Below the pieces are notes generated by a model that saw nothing but the letters and a program-made list of their open reading frames with translations, was not told where the DNA came from and ran no database searches. From contig BPJE01000002.1 in assembly GCA_026004455.1 (NCBI GenBank), forward strand, positions 5,207 to 69,206: a stretch of DNA of 64,000 nt, in the 5' to 3' direction. The stretch comes from Patescibacteria group bacterium (GTDB lineage Bacteria > Patescibacteriota > Microgenomatia > UBA1406 > GWC2-37-13). This document shows positions 20,494-28,161 of the stretch, in pieces (positions within the stretch are counted from its first letter, which is position 1; every line of letters begins with the position of its first letter). The position numbers and the translations under genes are program-made.

Positions 20494-21429
20494 ATGATTA
20501 TAATCACTGGCCAAACTGCAACCGGTAAAACTGCTCTTGCTTTAGAATACGCTAAAAAATATAAAGGCGAACTGGTTAACTTTGACTCTCGCCAAATTTA
20601 CAAATATTTAGATATTATTACTGGAAAGGATTTACCAGCGAAAACGGGTGTTTCGAGCGAAGGGCTCCCGACTGGCCGCAGGCGATTTTTCCAGCCTGCC
20701 GCTGGTCGCCGAGCACAGTCGGGATTACGCTCGAAACAGGACCCGTTTTCGGTATGGTTATATGACATAGTGACTCCTGATCAATATTTTTCATCATTTG
20801 AATATGTAAAAATAGCTCAAAAAGTAATAAAAGATATCAAATTACGAGGCAAAACTCCAATTTTAGTTGGCGGCACATACTTTTATCTTAAACATCTTCT
20901 TTATGGATTTGATTATCAAGTTCCGCCTGATTTTATCTTAAGAGAAAAATTAAATCAAAAATCAGTCGCAGAACTTCAAAAAATAATCCAAGAACTTGAT
21001 CCAGAAATTAAGCAAAAAATGAATCAAAGCGACTGGCAAAATCCAAGAAGACTAATAAGAAAAATCGAAATCCTTAAAAACCAAGGACAGAACCTTTCAG
21101 GTTCTGTCCTTTTAAAGACCGTCCCTGATCTTTTTATTGGCTTAAAACACAAAAACAAAGAACATCTTTATCAAGCAATAAAAACCAGAGTAGAGAAAAG
21201 ATTAAAACAAGGAGCAATTAAAGAAGTAGAAAAAATCTTAAAAATGGGCTATAAAAAAACTGATCCTGGTCTAAATACCATTGGTTACAAACAAATTATT
21301 GATTATCTTGAAGGAAATATCACTAAAGATCAAGCGATTGAAAAATGGATTACCGCCGAGGTTCAATACGCCAAACGTCAATATACTTTTATGAAGAAAG
21401 ACAAGAATATAAAATGGATTGAAATATAA
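20494..21429 (+). CDS. miaA: tRNA dimethylallyltransferase
   Basis: P-loop GQTATGKTALA, DSRQIYKYLDIITGK, ILVGGTYFY. Carries two repeat-derived in-frame segments (20639..20751 and 21083..21125). Confidence 0.9.
   Translation: MIIITGQTATGKTALALEYAKKYKGELVNFDSRQIYKYLDIITGKDLPAKTGVSSEGLPTGRRRFFQPAAGRRAQSGLRSKQDPFSVWLYDIVTPDQYFSSFEYVKIAQKVIKDIKLRGKTPILVGGTYFYLKHLLYGFDYQVPPDFILREKLNQKSVAELQKIIQELDPEIKQKMNQSDWQNPRRLIRKIEILKNQGQNLSGSVLLKTVPDLFIGLKHKNKEHLYQAIKTRVEKRLKQGAIKEVEKILKMGYKKTDPGLNTIGYKQIIDYLEGNITKDQAIEKWITAEVQYAKRQYTFMKKDKNIKWIEI
20639..20751. repeat. GC-rich palindromic element inserted in frame in miaA
   Basis: CGAAAACGGGTGTTTCGAGCG..CCGACTG..CAGTCGG..CGCTCGAAACAGGACCCGTTTTCG. Translated as AKTGVSSEGLPTGRRRFFQPAAGRRAQSGLRSKQDPFS. 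Confidence 0.8.
21083..21125. repeat. GGACAGAACC-type hairpin plus tail, inside the miaA coding sequence
   Basis: AAGGACAGAACCTTTCAGGTTCTGTCCTT + TTAAAGACCGTCCCT, read as QGQNLSGSVLLKTVP. Confidence 0.8.
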
Positions 21430-21432
21430 TTT

Positions 21433-23322
21433 TTAATTTTTTTTAAACAACTTCATAAATGCCTCTTTGGGTACCTCAACTTTTCCTACCATCTTCATTC
21501 TTTTTTTTCCTTCTTTTTGCTTTTCCAAAAGCTTTTTCTTTCGACCAACATCACCAGTCCCCAATACTTTTCCAGATTTCATCAAAACATCTTTTCTAAA
21601 AGGTGCAATTCTTGTTGAAGCAATAATCCTTCCTTTATACTGACCTTGAATCTTTACCTCATACTGCTGTCTTGGGATCAAATCTTTTAACTTGCTTGTT
21701 AAATAACTAGCTCTCTCATAAGCTTTTTCCTCAACAACAATCTCAGAAAATTCTTCAACTGGCTGATTATTGATTAAAATCTTCAACTCATCTGCCTTAA
21801 CATCTCGATAATCTAAAAACTGCCAATCAAGTGAAGCAAAACCAGATGAGACGCTTTTTAGAGCGTCAAAAAAATCCGTAATCATCTCTGCCATTGGCAT
21901 CTCATACTCTAAAATTATTTGATTTTTATTATCCATAGTTAAAAATTGACTGCGATATCTTTGCATTAGTTGCATAATATCACCTAGATATTTTTCTGGA
22001 GTTAAGATAATCACTTTTACCCACGGCTCTTTTTTTACTCCCCGAATATTTGTATCCTGATATTCAACTTTTGGCGGAGTTAAAACAAGGCTTAAACCGA
22101 ACTCTCTTTCAAGTCTCTCCCTGATAACATCAGCATGAAGCAGTCCTAAAAATCCAACTCTAAATCCTGTTCCTAAAGCCTGACTATAAACTCCTTGAAA
22201 CTGCAAAGACGAATCATTCAAAGATAATTTTTCTAAAGCTTTTTTTAAGTTTAAATAATCAGCCGTATCTGTTGGAAAAATTGAAGCAAACACCATCGAC
22301 TTAATTTTTTTATAACCCGGAAGAGAAAGATCATCTTGCTCTTTAAAATCAACCACTGTATCACCAACAGCTACTTGATGGATATCTTTTAAGTTAGTGA
22401 CAACATAACCAATTTCACCGGAAACTAATTTTTCGCTTGGTGTTAAATCAGGTAAAAAATAACCAACCTCATTGATCTCAAAATTAGTTTTTAAATTAGC
22501 TAGTTTTACTTTCAAGCCTTTTTTCAACTCGCCGCTAAACACTCTTACAAAAATAATCACCCCTCGATGAGAATCATAATAAGAGTCAAAAATTAGTGAT
22601 TGAGAACACACCCCATTACCCCTCTCAAGAGGGGAATAAGAGGTATTATTTATAGAAACTCCCCTCTTTGAGAGTGGGTTTGGGGGTGTGTTAGGATCAG
22701 GTATTTTTTTAATTACTGCCTCAAGAAGTTCTTTTACTCCTTGTCCAGTTTTTGCTGACACCAAAAAAACCTCCTCATCTTTCACTCCCAAAAAATCAAC
22801 TAATTGTTTTTTAGTTTTTTCAACCTCGGCATTTGGCAAATCAATCTTATTTATTGCTGGAATAATCACTAAATTTTTCTCAATTGCCTTATAAGCATTA
22901 GCAATTGTCTGAGCTTGGATTCCTTGAGTGGCATCAACCAAAAGAATCACTCCTTCAACACAAGCCAAAGTCCGATCAACCTCATAAGAAAAATCAACAT
23001 GGCCCGGAGTATCAATCAAATTAAGAATGTAATCGGAGGAAGATGTCAAATTTTTTTCAACTTGGGATGTCTGTCCGACAAATGTCGGACTAGGGGACCC
23101 ACTGGAGATAAAAAAATTTGACATCGACTCCGATCTCAAAAACATTCTCACTGGAGCAAGTTTTATCGTAATTCCACGCTCTCTTGATATTGGGTTTCTA
23201 TCCAATAACTGCTCCTCATGTTTTCCAGCTGCGACTATTCCTGTCAACTCCAAAAATCTATCTGCCAAAGTACTTTTTCCATGATCAACATGAGCAATGA
23301 TGGCAAAATTGCGAATAAACAT
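21433..23322 (-). CDS. lepA: translation elongation factor 4 (LepA)
   Basis: IRNFAIIAHVDHGKSTLADR, LIDTPGHVDF, NKIDLP, and a C-terminal LepA domain. Two palindromic in-frame insertions. Confidence 0.95.
   Translation of the reverse strand: MFIRNFAIIAHVDHGKSTLADRFLELTGIVAAGKHEEQLLDRNPISRERGITIKLAPVRMFLRSESMSNFFISSGSPSPTFVGQTSQVEKNLTSSSDYILNLIDTPGHVDFSYEVDRTLACVEGVILLVDATQGIQAQTIANAYKAIEKNLVIIPAINKIDLPNAEVEKTKKQLVDFLGVKDEEVFLVSAKTGQGVKELLEAVIKKIPDPNTPPNPLSKRGVSINNTSYSPLERGNGVCSQSLIFDSYYDSHRGVIIFVRVFSGELKKGLKVKLANLKTNFEINEVGYFLPDLTPSEKLVSGEIGYVVTNLKDIHQVAVGDTVVDFKEQDDLSLPGYKKIKSMVFASIFPTDTADYLNLKKALEKLSLNDSSLQFQGVYSQALGTGFRVGFLGLLHADVIRERLEREFGLSLVLTPPKVEYQDTNIRGVKKEPWVKVIILTPEKYLGDIMQLMQRYRSQFLTMDNKNQIILEYEMPMAEMITDFFDALKSVSSGFASLDWQFLDYRDVKADELKILINNQPVEEFSEIVVEEKAYERASYLTSKLKDLIPRQQYEVKIQGQYKGRIIASTRIAPFRKDVLMKSGKVLGTGDVGRKKKLLEKQKEGKKRMKMVGKVEVPKEAFMKLFKKN
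22604..22692. repeat. GC-rich imperfect palindromic element in frame in lepA (insertion B)
   Basis: AACACACCCCATTACCCCTCTCAAGAGGGG..CCCCTCTTTGAGAGTGGGTTTGGGGGTGTGTT. Encodes NTPPNPLSKRGVSINNTSYSPLERGNGVC just before the conserved LIFDSYYD. Confidence 0.75.
23042..23125. repeat. 84-bp palindromic element in frame in lepA (insertion A)
   Basis: Perfect 16-nt terminal inverted repeats GATGTCAAATTTTTTT / AAAAAAATTTGACATC with an inner hairpin GTCCGACAAATGTCGGAC. 84 nt equals 28 codons (MSNFFISSGSPSPTFVGQTSQVEKNLTS), placed before YILNLIDTPGH. Confidence 0.8.
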
Positions 23323-23335
23323 AAAAATTAAAAAT

Positions 23336-23459
23336 AATTCAAAAGTTAAAATTCAAAAGTCAAAAGTATAAGTTAAAATTAAAAATTTTTTTAAATTTTT
23401 AATTTTGAATTTCAATTTTGACTTTTGAATTTTGCATTTTGAATTTTACTTTTGACTTT
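23336..23459. repeat. AT-rich palindromic element, copy B, in the lepA/mntH divergent intergenic region
   Basis: ATTCAAAAGTTAAAATTCAAAAGTCAAAAG..center..TTTTGACTTTTGAATTTTGCATTTTGAATTTTACTTTTGAC. The right arm is the reverse complement of the left arm of copy D. Confidence 0.75.
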
Positions 23460-23478
23460 ATTATAATATAATATAAAA

Positions 23479-24747
23479 ATGTTAAAAAGATTAAACCTTT
23501 TTTGGAAAAGATTTAAGATAAAACTTCTTCTTTTTTTTGCAGTTTTAGGACCAGGTATTATCACTGCCGTTGCCGATAATGATGCCGGAGGAGTGGCTAC
23601 CTACACAGTTGGCGCTGCCAAATATGGAATGAACTCCCAATTTCTTATTATTCCAATCACAATCATTTTAGCTCTAACTCAAGAAATTGGTGCTCGTATT
23701 GCCATTGTTGCTAAAAAAGGACTAGGCGATCTTATTAGAGAAAATTATGGAGTTTTAATTTCATTAATTATCTTTATTTTATACTTTATCACTAATCAAG
23801 GAGTGGTTTTACAAAATGTCTCTGGTCTTAAAGCCAGTTTTCAGATTTTTAATATTCCTTGGCAACCAGCTTTAATTTTAACCTGTATTTTTTTGATTTT
23901 TTTTGTTATTAAATTTGACTATAAAAAAACTCAAAGAATTTTTATTTTTATGATTCTTTTTTATATTAGTTATATTATCTCCGCCATTCTTGCTAAACCA
24001 AATTGGGGAGAAGCTCTTCGCCAAAGTTTAGTTTTTCCTGATTTAAAATACCTTCCTGATTTAAATTACTGGTTCGCTAACATTGCTATTTTAGGAACAA
24101 CGATTACTGCTTGGGGACAGTTTTTTGTTCATTCATACATTATTGATAAAAAACTTGACCCTCAACATCTAAAGGCTGAAAGAGTTGAAATTTTTTTAGG
24201 CGCTTTTTTAACTAATTTCTTCTCTTGGATGATGGCAGCGGCAGTCACTTATACACTTTTTAAAAATGGCATTTATAATGTTGATGGTTTTTCCGCTGGA
24301 TTAGCTATGAAGCCTTTTGTTGGTGAATTAGCGCCAATTCTTTTTGGTATTGGTCTTTTTGGCGCCTCGATTTTAGGATTAACTATTGTTCCTCTTGCCA
24401 CGGCCTATGTTTTTTCTGAAATGTTTGGTTATGAAGGCTCACTTGATGCTGATTTTAAAAAAGGTAGACTTTTTTATAGTTTTTTTATTTTTCAAATTTC
24501 TATTGGTCTTATCATTGCTCTTATTCCATCAATCAATCTTTTTGATCTAACCTTGTATGTTGATTACTTAAACGGCGCAATGCTGCCAATAATTTTTTAC
24601 TTTTTAGTTAAGTTTTATGAAGATGAAGAAGTAATGGGCCAATATGCTTCCCGCGGTTTAACCAGTATATTAGTTAAAGCCTCAGCGATCATCATCACCC
24701 TTGCTGTCATCATCACTACTATTGGAAAGATAATGGGAGTAGAATAA
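23479..24747 (+). CDS. mntH: NRAMP-family divalent metal (Mn2+/Fe2+) transporter
   Basis: GPGIITAVADNDAGGVATYTVGAAKYG signature and about 11 TM helices. TATAAT at 23467..23472 lies 6 nt before the ATG. Confidence 0.8.
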   Translation: MLKRLNLFWKRFKIKLLLFFAVLGPGIITAVADNDAGGVATYTVGAAKYGMNSQFLIIPITIILALTQEIGARIAIVAKKGLGDLIRENYGVLISLIIFILYFITNQGVVLQNVSGLKASFQIFNIPWQPALILTCIFLIFFVIKFDYKKTQRIFIFMILFYISYIISAILAKPNWGEALRQSLVFPDLKYLPDLNYWFANIAILGTTITAWGQFFVHSYIIDKKLDPQHLKAERVEIFLGAFLTNFFSWMMAAAVTYTLFKNGIYNVDGFSAGLAMKPFVGELAPILFGIGLFGASILGLTIVPLATAYVFSEMFGYEGSLDADFKKGRLFYSFFIFQISIGLIIALIPSINLFDLTLYVDYLNGAMLPIIFYFLVKFYEDEEVMGQYASRGLTSILVKASAIIITLAVIITTIGKIMGVE

Positions 24748-24748
24748 A

Positions 24749-24850
24749 TTTTTCAATTTTCATTTTTCAGTTTTCAATCAGTTTTCAATTTTTAGTTTTC
24801 ATTGAAAAATAAATATTCATTGAAAAATGAAAAATTTAAACTGAAAAATT
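24749..24850. repeat. low-complexity palindrome (TTTTCA words, then TGAAAA words) between convergent genes
   Basis: TTTTCAATTTTCATTTTTCAGTTTTCAATCAGTTTTCAATT..CATTGAAAAATAAATATTCATTGAAAAATGAAAAATTTAAACTGAAAAA. Confidence 0.65.
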
Positions 24851-24884
24851 ATTTCCTTAATTATTTTTCTTTTTTAATTATTAA

Positions 24885-25622
24885 TTATTCATTATTAATT
24901 ATCTTTACCCCTTCCTTCGTCTCTCCAAAAAATATTTGTTTTCCTTGATGAAGGACTAAAGTTTTTTCTGTGTAGTCCAAAGCCTGTTCAGGCGAATGGG
25001 TGACTAAGACCAATGTTGCTCCTTGTTTTTGAAACTCTTTTATTCTTGCTAAACATTTTTCTCTAAACTTGATATCGCCAACTGCCAAAATCTCATCAAC
25101 CAAAAGTATCTCCGGTTTTTCAGCAACCGCTACAGAAAAAGCCAATCTCATATACATTCCTGATGAATAAAATTTCACTGGCTGATCCATAAAATCATGA
25201 AGTTCAGAAAAATCAACAATGCTTTTATAAAGTCTGTCCATTTGTTTTTTTCTTATACCAAGGATTGAACCATTAAGATAAACATTTTCTTTCCCAGTTA
25301 GCTCCGGATGAAAACCAGCGCCAAGTTCAATCAAAGGCGCCACTTTTCCTAAAACTGTAATCCTGCCATCAGATGGCTTAGTGACACCAGCGATAATTTT
25401 CAAAAGAGTTGATTTTCCCGAACCATTTCTTCCTAATATTGCCAAAGACTCTCCTTTTTTAAGTTCAAAATTAACTGCCTGCAAAGCTTTAAACTTGACA
25501 TAAGTTGACTGACCATAAAAAAGCGCTGGCAAAAACTCCTTAAAAGTCCGTTGTTTATTTAACCGATACTCTTTAGTTAAATTTTCCGCCTTTATCACAA
25601 AATCTGACATATCATCTAACAT
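24885..25622 (-). CDS. ABC transporter ATP-binding protein, polysaccharide/teichoic-acid export type (TagH/Wzt-like)
   Basis: Walker A GRNGSGKSTLLK, signature YSSGMYMRLAF, Walker B ILLVDE. Paired with an ABC-2 permease. Confidence 0.85.
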   Translation of the reverse strand: MLDDMSDFVIKAENLTKEYRLNKQRTFKEFLPALFYGQSTYVKFKALQAVNFELKKGESLAILGRNGSGKSTLLKIIAGVTKPSDGRITVLGKVAPLIELGAGFHPELTGKENVYLNGSILGIRKKQMDRLYKSIVDFSELHDFMDQPVKFYSSGMYMRLAFSVAVAEKPEILLVDEILAVGDIKFREKCLARIKEFQKQGATLVLVTHSPEQALDYTEKTLVLHQGKQIFFGETKEGVKIINNE

Positions 25623-25651
25623 CTAACTTCTAACATCTAATACTTAAAAAT

Positions 25652-25748
25652 AATTCAAAATGCAAAATTCAAAAGTCAAAATTGAAAATTTAAAAACTTT
25701 TGACTTTTAACTTAAACTTTTGACTTTTGAATTTTGACTTTTGACTTT
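25652..25748. repeat. AT-rich palindromic element, copy C
   Basis: AATTCAAAATGCAAAATTCAAAAGTCAAAATTGAAAATTTAAAAACTTTTGACTTTTAACTT..TTTTGACTTTTGAATTTTGACTTTTGAC. Confidence 0.75.
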
Positions 25749-25750
25749 AT

Positions 25751-26551
25751 TTAGACATAATCCGCAAACTCGCCCTCTTGTTTTTTAAAAATCAAATAAG
25801 CAATACCAAAAAAAACAATTGAAAAAACTGCTGCTACCATCATACTATTTAAATTCGGCGCTTTTCCACCTAAAATAACTTGTCGATAACCATTGATGAT
25901 CACTGACATTGGATTTAATGAAAAAATAAAACGATATTTTTCTGGAAATTGCTCAACTGGATAAATAATTGGTGTTAAATAAAACCAAATTTGAATAATA
26001 AGATTAAGCAAATACTGAATATCTCTGTAAAACAGATTAAAAGAGGAAATAATCAGGCTTAATCCAGCAGTAAAAAATAACTGAATGATAAAAATTGGGA
26101 TTACCCACAATATTGCTAAATTAACAGAAATTTTATAAAAAATAAAGAAAAAAATAGCGATTAAAACCGAGTAAAAAAAATCAACTGCCTTAGCGATAAT
26201 TGTCGCATAAATTAGTATCTCTCTTGGAAAATAAATTTTAGTGATTAAAGAAGCATTACTAACCAAAGCATTAGCTGATGATGATAAGCTTTGAGTAAAA
26301 AAATTCCAAGGCAAAAGACCAATAATTAGAAAAATTATATAAGGAACATTATAAGATGAGACGCGAAAAATTGTTGAAAAAACAAATGATAAAACTAACA
26401 GTTGAAATAGAGGATTAAGTATCACCCAAGCATAACCTAAAATTGATTGTTTATATCTTTGATTAATCTCTCTGTAAGCAAGATTAAAAAGTAATTCTCG
26501 ATAAAAGATAAGTAATTTTAAATTTTTAAAACCTTTTTTTATTTTCTCCAT
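25751..26551 (-). CDS. ABC-2 type transporter permease (TagG/Wzm-like)
   Basis: 266 aa with 6 TM helices, N-terminal YRELLFNLAYREINQRYKQSILGYAWVILNP typical of ABC-2 permeases. Confidence 0.75.
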   Translation of the reverse strand: MEKIKKGFKNLKLLIFYRELLFNLAYREINQRYKQSILGYAWVILNPLFQLLVLSFVFSTIFRVSSYNVPYIIFLIIGLLPWNFFTQSLSSSANALVSNASLITKIYFPREILIYATIIAKAVDFFYSVLIAIFFFIFYKISVNLAILWVIPIFIIQLFFTAGLSLIISSFNLFYRDIQYLLNLIIQIWFYLTPIIYPVEQFPEKYRFIFSLNPMSVIINGYRQVILGGKAPNLNSMMVAAVFSIVFFGIAYLIFKKQEGEFADYV

Positions 26552-26564
26552 ATATTTTATTTTA

Positions 26565-27977
26565 CTAGATTTTTACTAGTCTAACAGTTGAAGTCCCGCC
26601 GATTTTTCCTTTATAATCTCCATGAAGAACAATTAATTTTTGATTTTTTTTAAGTTGATATTTTTTAGAAATAAAATCAATTATTTTTTCTAAAACCTGA
26701 CGATCTAAAAAACCATTTTTCCCAAACTTAAATACTGATGGATATATGCCAAAACCAATTGTTAAAAAATCAGCGATTTTTTTATCTTGAGTGATAGCAA
26801 AAATTGGCAGTCCTGGATGAAATCTAGATAAAACAGCAGCTGTTCTTCCTGTTTCCGTCAGTACTAAAAATCCTGCCAAATCTTCATTAATATTTTTCAG
26901 ATATTGATACATTTTATAGGCTGATTTGCAAATAATGGTTGTCCAATCAGTTTGTTTTGGCTGAAAAAACTCTTTATCTTCTTCGATTAAAACTTTTTCA
27001 TTGAAAGCTAAAGTCTTTGTCATTATTTTCACTGCCTCAACTGGATACTTACCACTAGCAGACTCTGCCGAAAGCATTACTGTATCTGTACCATCATAAA
27101 AAGCATTAGCCACATCAGAGACCTCAGCCCGAGTTGGCGCTGGATTATTGATCATTGACTCAAGCATCTGAGTAGCAGTGATGACAAACTTTCCTGCCTC
27201 AAGAGCTTTTTTAATAATCTTTTTTTGAAAATAGGGGACTACCTCGCGAGCTACCTCAATTGCCATATCACCCCGCGCCACCATCACTCCATCTGAGGCC
27301 TCAATTATCTCATCAAGATTATCAATTGCTTTTTTTGTCTCAATTTTGGCAATAATTTTAGGAATAAATTTATTATGTTTTTTGATTTCTTTTTTTAAAT
27401 CATCAATATCTTTTTTACTTCTTACATAAGATAGTGCAACAAAATCTACCTCATTAAAAACTGCTAATTTTATCCCTTCTAAATCTTTATCCACTAATGA
27501 TGATAGTTCAAAATCAACTCCCGGGATAGTCACTGTTTTTCTATCTTTTAAAACTCCTTCGCTTTTTGATTGAAGATAAATTTTACCTTTTTCTTTTATT
27601 ACTTTAAAAACAAAATAACCATCATCGACCAAAACTTTCTGATTCTCAACTAATTTTTCTTTGATCTGATTATGAGAAAATTTTATCTCTTCATCAATAA
27701 CTAATTTTTGACCCGGTTTTAAAATTATTTTTTCTTGATTTTTTAAAAATTGAAGTCTTATCTCTGGTCCTTGAAGATCAATGAGAGTACCGATGTGTTT
27801 ATTTAACTTTTGCGCTACTTTATTGACTTTTTCAATCATCTGATTATGCCAGGAAATAGTGTTGTGTTTTAAATTAAAACGAAAGACATTGACTCCTTCT
27901 AAAATCAATTTTTCAATTATTTTTTCATCTTCAGTTGCAGGACCAATAGTAGCGATGATTTTTGTTAATTTGTTCAT
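26565..27977 (-). CDS. pyk: pyruvate kinase
   Basis: TKIIATIGPA, NLKHN, DLQGPEIR, MVARGDMAIEV, TQMLESM. Confidence 0.95.
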   Translation of the reverse strand: MNKLTKIIATIGPATEDEKIIEKLILEGVNVFRFNLKHNTISWHNQMIEKVNKVAQKLNKHIGTLIDLQGPEIRLQFLKNQEKIILKPGQKLVIDEEIKFSHNQIKEKLVENQKVLVDDGYFVFKVIKEKGKIYLQSKSEGVLKDRKTVTIPGVDFELSSLVDKDLEGIKLAVFNEVDFVALSYVRSKKDIDDLKKEIKKHNKFIPKIIAKIETKKAIDNLDEIIEASDGVMVARGDMAIEVAREVVPYFQKKIIKKALEAGKFVITATQMLESMINNPAPTRAEVSDVANAFYDGTDTVMLSAESASGKYPVEAVKIMTKTLAFNEKVLIEEDKEFFQPKQTDWTTIICKSAYKMYQYLKNINEDLAGFLVLTETGRTAAVLSRFHPGLPIFAITQDKKIADFLTIGFGIYPSVFKFGKNGFLDRQVLEKIIDFISKKYQLKKNQKLIVLHGDYKGKIGGTSTVRLVKI

Positions 27978-28051
27978 GGTGAGTCCGGGCAGAATCGAAC
28001 TGCCATCTAATCCTTAGAAGGGATTTATTCTATCCGTTGAACTACGGACTC
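27977..28051 (-). tRNA. tRNA-Arg (anticodon TCT), CCA encoded
   Basis: Cloverleaf read directly: acceptor GAGTCCG/CGGACTC, anticodon loop CTTCTAA, T-arm GGCAG-TTCGATT-CTGCC, 3' ACCA. The final A is the A of the pyk ATG. Confidence 0.9.
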
Positions 28052-28064
28052 AAAATATCTATAA

Positions 28065-28073
28065 ATTATATCA
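28065..28073 (-). promoter_or_regulatory. extended -10 (TGaTATAAT) upstream of tRNA-Arg and pyk
   Basis: Minus strand reads TGATATAAT, 13 nt before the tRNA 5' end. Confidence 0.45.
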
Positions 28074-28112
28074 AATAATTAAATCGTTGAAAATAACAAG
28101 GACAAAAATAAA

Positions 28113-28148
28113 AAGGACAGAACCTTTTAAAAAAAATGTTCTGTCCTT
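28113..28148. repeat. GGACAGAACC-type REP-like hairpin
   Basis: AAGGACAGAACC-TTTTAAAAAAAA-TGTTCTGTCCTT. TATAAT (28148..28153) abuts it, 8 nt before ATG 28162. Confidence 0.8.
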
Positions 28149-28161
28149 ATAATTAAGATAT

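Noticed and set aside
20639-20751. Self-splicing intron, tRNA-like gene or riboswitch inside miaA.
   Set aside because: At about 113 nt it is far too short for a group I or group II intron, it has no tRNA cloverleaf, and the frame stays open through it. An in-frame palindromic repeat element is the simpler reading. RNA-level removal cannot be excluded without transcript data.
23326-23478. Replication origin near gyrB/gyrA, in the AT-rich palindromic spacers.
   Set aside because: No dnaA or dnaN gene is in the window and I saw no cluster of DnaA-box-like TTATCCACA motifs. The same AT-rich element recurs at four places, so it is a dispersed repeat.
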